Made by a program: the position numbers and the translations under genes. Below, one piece after another: positions 33,585-37,207 of a stretch of DNA of 37,207 bases; the first letter of the stretch is position 1; each line of letters starts with the position of its first letter. Location of the stretch: positions 1-37,207 of the IMG/VR virus record IMGVR_UViG_3300011438_000026; one strand, given 5' to 3'. The DNA is from a virus (lineage: Duplodnaviria; Caudoviricetes). The notes beneath the pieces were generated by a model. The model ran no database searches and was not told where the DNA came from. It saw nothing but the letters and a program-made list of their open reading frames with translations.

Positions 33585-35396
33585 ATGACTTCCCAGTATC
33601 GGCACCGCCGGACCTCCAATCCGGCGACCGCGATGCCGAATCTAGAACCCGGCGAGATCGGCGTTAACACCGCCAATCGGCAGATTGCTGTCGGCGATGC
33701 CGCGTCCGCCACGCTCGGCGTTCCCAAGCCCCTCTTAGCAATCCGTTTCTTCGACATCGCCGCGATCTATGCGATCGGCGACATCGTCACCAACGCCGAC
33801 AAGATCTGGCGCGCGATCGCCGCCAACGGTCCAGGCAGCTTCAATGCCGCCAACTGGGAGCTGGCCGCCTCGCAGGTGACCATCGCCGCCGACCCGCCGT
33901 CCAACGCCGTCGCCGGCAGCATGTGGTGGGACAGCGACAACGGCATGCTCTACGTCCGCTACAACGACGGCGATTCTTCGCAGTGGGTGCAAGCCACTGC
34001 CATGCCGGTGGTCGATACATCGTCGTTTGTGCTGAAGGCCGGCGACACCATGACCGGCGATTTGACGGTCGCCAAGGCAACGCCAGCGTTCAGCTTGGAT
34101 AAGACGGCTTCTGGTTTGGAAAGCCAGATCTGGGGCAAGACCGCTGGTGTCAATCGCTGGAAAATGGCGCTAGGTGATGCTTCACCAGAAACCGGGTCAC
34201 ATCTCGGTTCTGCTTTCACATTGCACAGTCGCAGTGATGACGGGACGCTGCGGCAATTGGTATTGACTGCGCCCCGCGATACCGGGCTGCTTTCTGTCGC
34301 TGGTGATCCCACTGCCGCGCTTGGCGTTGCCACCAAGCAATACGTCGACGCCCGCGCCGGCGATGCGATGGCCTACTCCGGCATGCAGATCAACGGCAGC
34401 ATGGAGGTCAGTCAGGAGTTTGGCGGTAGTGGCACAGCGGTTGTTAACACCAACAAAGAGGTCTTAGACCGCTGGCGTGTTTGGTCATATGGCGCACAGG
34501 TCATGGGCGGGTCGCAAGATGTGGCTAGTCCGTGTCCTGGTTACACCAACAACTTGATTGCGTTCGTTAACGGCACGGCCAATGCGGCGCCGGCCGCAGC
34601 AGATGCAATCTTTATCAGTCAAAACATTGAAGGCTACCGGGTCAGTCGATTGGCGTGGGGTACGGCCGGCGCGCGGTCGATTACGATTGGCTTTTGGGTG
34701 TTCACTACACGCACCGGAACGGCTTCGATTGGCGTTCGTAACAGCGCAGTCAACCGCAGCTATGTGACGACCTTTACCGTCAGCGCGGCATCGACGTGGG
34801 AATATAAGACCGTAACAATCCCCGGTGACACTACCGGCACTTGGCTGAAGGACAACGGTATCGGTATATCGCTGTTTTTCACGTTCATGTCGGGAAGCAG
34901 CGGACTTACGGCACCAAACGTGTGGGCGGCTACGGGTAATATTTCAGCGACTGGTGTATCCAATTTCATTTCTACTGTCGGCGATTTAATAAGATTGACA
35001 GGCGTCGTCATCCTCCCCGGCACTCAGGCGCCCACCGCCGCACAGTCGCCGCTGCTGATGCGGCCGTATGATCAGGAGTTGGTGACATGTCAGAGATACT
35101 ATCGGCAAAAAACGCCTGAGGGCGGCGGGATATGTTCAAATGCTACATCTTGTTACTTCGTTGTTGAACATAGGTTGATGCGGGCGGCACCAACAGCGTT
35201 AGTGACATCGCCGCTAGTGGTCACAGATATTTTTACAAATTACACACAAACATCTCCCAATGTTGCAAACGTTGGCCCTCAACCGCATGCCAGTTTTCTT
35301 ACGTTTGGTAATTTCTTCAGTATGACTGGTGGCAAAACAGTTATATTTCATCCCGGCCAAGCCCCCAATATAATTGCTTTAGATGCGAGGCTCTGA
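33585..35396 (+). CDS. Tail fibre / receptor-binding protein, paralog 1
   Basis: [19 protein letters not shown] (Mtd N-terminal-like), [16 protein letters not shown] (CBM5/12-like), KAGDTMTG and ATKQYVD fibre motifs, C-terminal beta-sandwich module, ends LDARL. Confidence 0.75.
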   Translation: MTSQYRHRRTSNPATAMPNLEPGEIGVNTANRQIAVGDAASATLGVPKPLLAIRFFDIAAIYAIGDIVTNADKIWRAIAANGPGSFNAANWELAASQVTIAADPPSNAVAGSMWWDSDNGMLYVRYNDGDSSQWVQATAMPVVDTSSFVLKAGDTMTGDLTVAKATPAFSLDKTASGLESQIWGKTAGVNRWKMALGDASPETGSHLGSAFTLHSRSDDGTLRQLVLTAPRDTGLLSVAGDPTAALGVATKQYVDARAGDAMAYSGMQINGSMEVSQEFGGSGTAVVNTNKEVLDRWRVWSYGAQVMGGSQDVASPCPGYTNNLIAFVNGTANAAPAAADAIFISQNIEGYRVSRLAWGTAGARSITIGFWVFTTRTGTASIGVRNSAVNRSYVTTFTVSAASTWEYKTVTIPGDTTGTWLKDNGIGISLFFTFMSGSSGLTAPNVWAATGNISATGVSNFISTVGDLIRLTGVVILPGTQAPTAAQSPLLMRPYDQELVTCQRYYRQKTPEGGGICSNATSCYFVVEHRLMRAAPTALVTSPLVVTDIFTNYTQTSPNVANVGPQPHASFLTFGNFFSMTGGKTVIFHPGQAPNIIALDARL

Positions 35397-36835
35397 TGGG
35401 CATCAATTTCCCCAACACCCCCGCGGTCGGCGAGCTGCACCCCACCCCGCCGCAGGCCGGCGTCCCGCAGTATCGCTGGGACGGCGTGGCCTGGGTGGCG
35501 CAGTCGCAGGACCAGCTCGCCTTCGTCAAGCGCACCGGCGATACCATGTCTGGCGCGCTCACACTGCCGGCCGACCCGGCCGCGGCGTTGCAGGCCGCCA
35601 CCAAGCAATACGTCGACGCCAAGTCCTCGCTCTACATCAGCGATAATCCTCCCGTCACGCCGCCGGACGGCTCGATGTGGTGGGACAGCGACAATGGGTT
35701 GCTCTATATCCGCTATAACGACGGCGCCGGCCCCTCGCAGTGGGTGCAGGCGGTCGCCACGCCGGCGATCGACGCCTCGGTGTTCGTCAACAAGGCCGGC
35801 GACACCATGGGCGGCGCGCTCGCGCTGCCGGGCGATCCGGCGACCGCGCTGCAAGCTGCGCCGAAGCAATATGTCGACGCCGTGCGCGCCTACGCGGCGC
35901 CTTATGATGCGATCGCCTACAGCGGCATGCAGATCAACGGCAGCATGGAGGTCAGTCAGGAGTTTGGTGCCGCTACACCTGTTGTGACTAATACAGGCAA
36001 ATACACTCTTGATAGTTGGCTGGCAGCTTCTATTGGTGTGCAGACTATAGGAGTAACACAACAACAAGCTGGTTTTGCTGGGCTGCTCAACACGCTAACT
36101 GTCACTGTTAATCCCGGCAACAGTTCTCCTACATCTTCTGATCGTGCAGCAATATCTACTCGTATAGAAGGCTACCGTATAGCTCGTCTTGCTTGGGGTG
36201 CGGGTGCAAACGCGAAGCCTATTACAATTGCATTTTGGGTGTTTGCAAATCGTCCCGGTACTTATTCTGGATGTGTTGCGAATGGTGTAGCCGCTAACCG
36301 TTCTTATCCTTTCACATTCACCATCAACGCTTCAAACACTTATGAATACAAGACCATCACCATTCCTGGCGATACCACAGGCACTTGGGCAACTGGCAAT
36401 ACATCAGGCATGGAGATCTTCTTTGCGCTGATGTTGGGCAGCACCCATCAAGCTCCTGCTGGTGCGTGGACCGCAGGGACATTTTACGGTGCAACAGGAA
36501 CAATCAACGGAGTTGCTGCTACATCGGACAGGTTTATTTTAACTGGTGTCACTGTCCTCCCCGGCACACAAGCACCAACTGCTGCACAGTCACCACTCAT
36601 CATGCGCCCGTATGATCAGGAGTTGGTGACGTGTAGGAGGTATTATTATAAGGCGTCTTTTTATGTTCCTACGACTTATGCAACATCGTTTTACCCAGTT
36701 GAAATGCGGGTATCTCCTACAATTACAGGAGGCGGCGCGGGATTTGTTAATGCTGGTGGCACTCCTAGTACGTCTTGTACGATTGCACAGACAACAGCAG
36801 CGTTTTTAACACTAGCATTCGACGCGAGGCTCTGA
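35396..36835 (+). CDS. Tail fibre / receptor-binding protein, paralog 2
   Basis: MGINFP..YRWDGVAW, two GDTM.G / KQYVD repeats, shared [16 protein letters not shown] and [10 protein letters not shown] boxes, ends FDARL; AT-richer C-terminal half. Confidence 0.75.
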   Translation: MGINFPNTPAVGELHPTPPQAGVPQYRWDGVAWVAQSQDQLAFVKRTGDTMSGALTLPADPAAALQAATKQYVDAKSSLYISDNPPVTPPDGSMWWDSDNGLLYIRYNDGAGPSQWVQAVATPAIDASVFVNKAGDTMGGALALPGDPATALQAAPKQYVDAVRAYAAPYDAIAYSGMQINGSMEVSQEFGAATPVVTNTGKYTLDSWLAASIGVQTIGVTQQQAGFAGLLNTLTVTVNPGNSSPTSSDRAAISTRIEGYRIARLAWGAGANAKPITIAFWVFANRPGTYSGCVANGVAANRSYPFTFTINASNTYEYKTITIPGDTTGTWATGNTSGMEIFFALMLGSTHQAPAGAWTAGTFYGATGTINGVAATSDRFILTGVTVLPGTQAPTAAQSPLIMRPYDQELVTCRRYYYKASFYVPTTYATSFYPVEMRVSPTITGGGAGFVNAGGTPSTSCTIAQTTAAFLTLAFDARL

Positions 36836-37207
36836 TGGGCATCAACTTCCCAGCCGCTCCGATCATCGGCGCCCTCTACCCCGATCCCGCGATCGCTGGC
36901 ATACCTCAATATAAATGGGACGGCACCGCCTGGCTGGCGATGACCCCGAGCGCGCTGACCTATGTCCAGCGCGGCGGCGATACCATGACCGGCCATCTGG
37001 CGTTGCCGACATCGCCCGCAGCGGCCAATGCCGTGCGCCGCGACTTTGTCGAGGCTTACGCCGCGCCGTTCGACGCGATGGCCTACAGCGGTATGCAGCA
37101 CAACGGCAGTATGGAGGTTAGTCAGGAGAACGGCACAACTGCTGTCAGCGTGACAAGCGCCGCATCTAAGTACGTCTTGGATGGCTGGCTCGGACAGCTT
37201 TCTGGAC
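36835..37207 (+). CDS. Tail fibre / receptor-binding protein, paralog 3 (3'-truncated by the window edge; not in the ORF track)
   Basis: TGATG-coupled; [51 protein letters not shown], open to the window end. Confidence 0.75.
   Translation, partial: MGINFPAAPIIGALYPDPAIAGIPQYKWDGTAWLAMTPSALTYVQRGGDTMTGHLALPTSPAAANAVRRDFVEAYAAPFDAMAYSGMQHNGSMEVSQENGTTAVSVTSAASKYVLDGWLGQLSG

Noticed and set aside
33585-37207. Diversity-generating retroelement or invertible shufflon
   Set aside because: No reverse transcriptase or invertase in the window, the repeats are direct rather than inverted, and I saw no adenine-specific TR/VR pair. Genes outside the window cannot be excluded.
1-37207. Prophage boundaries, att sites or flanking host genes
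   Set aside because: No integrase, tRNA or host housekeeping gene was recognised; the whole window appears to be phage sequence.

Overview
The window is most of a high-GC, podovirus-like dsDNA phage genome, probably infecting an alphaproteobacterium of the Rhizobiales type (inferred from GC content and a VPGP-type PEP-CTERM protein). Layout: (1) 1-12494 (+): short-tail and DNA-ejection module with adaptor, nozzle, two tandem GNAT-fold proteins, several small MGGKG-starting proteins, a T7 gp14-like protein, large ejection proteins (one with both an M15-like peptidase and a GH24 lysozyme domain) and a tiny basic peptide. (2) 12572-17616: accessory and regulatory genes (PEP-CTERM surface protein, ~70 bp palindrome, Cro-like HTH, HNH endonuclease, adenine methyltransferase). 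(3) 17606-27570: replication module (SNF2 helicase, family A DNA polymerase, SSB, DUF2800 Cas4-like nuclease, VRR-NUC, Prim-Pol, SF3-like helicase, putative origin). (4) 27637-30190 (-): lower-GC early-type operon with a GP88-like gene and two copies of a covarying structured RNA element. (5) 30222-30970: candidate packaging or terminus region with an IHF site and heptamer repeats. (6) 31724-37207 (+): tandem paralogous tail-fibre-like genes with shared DNA boundary boxes. I recognised no large terminase, portal, capsid, integrase, tRNA or CRISPR array in the window. All family calls come from reading motifs by eye; no database searches were run. The most interesting candidates are the dual-GNAT/GGKG-tag ejection system, the duplicated structured RNA and the cassette-like fibre array.
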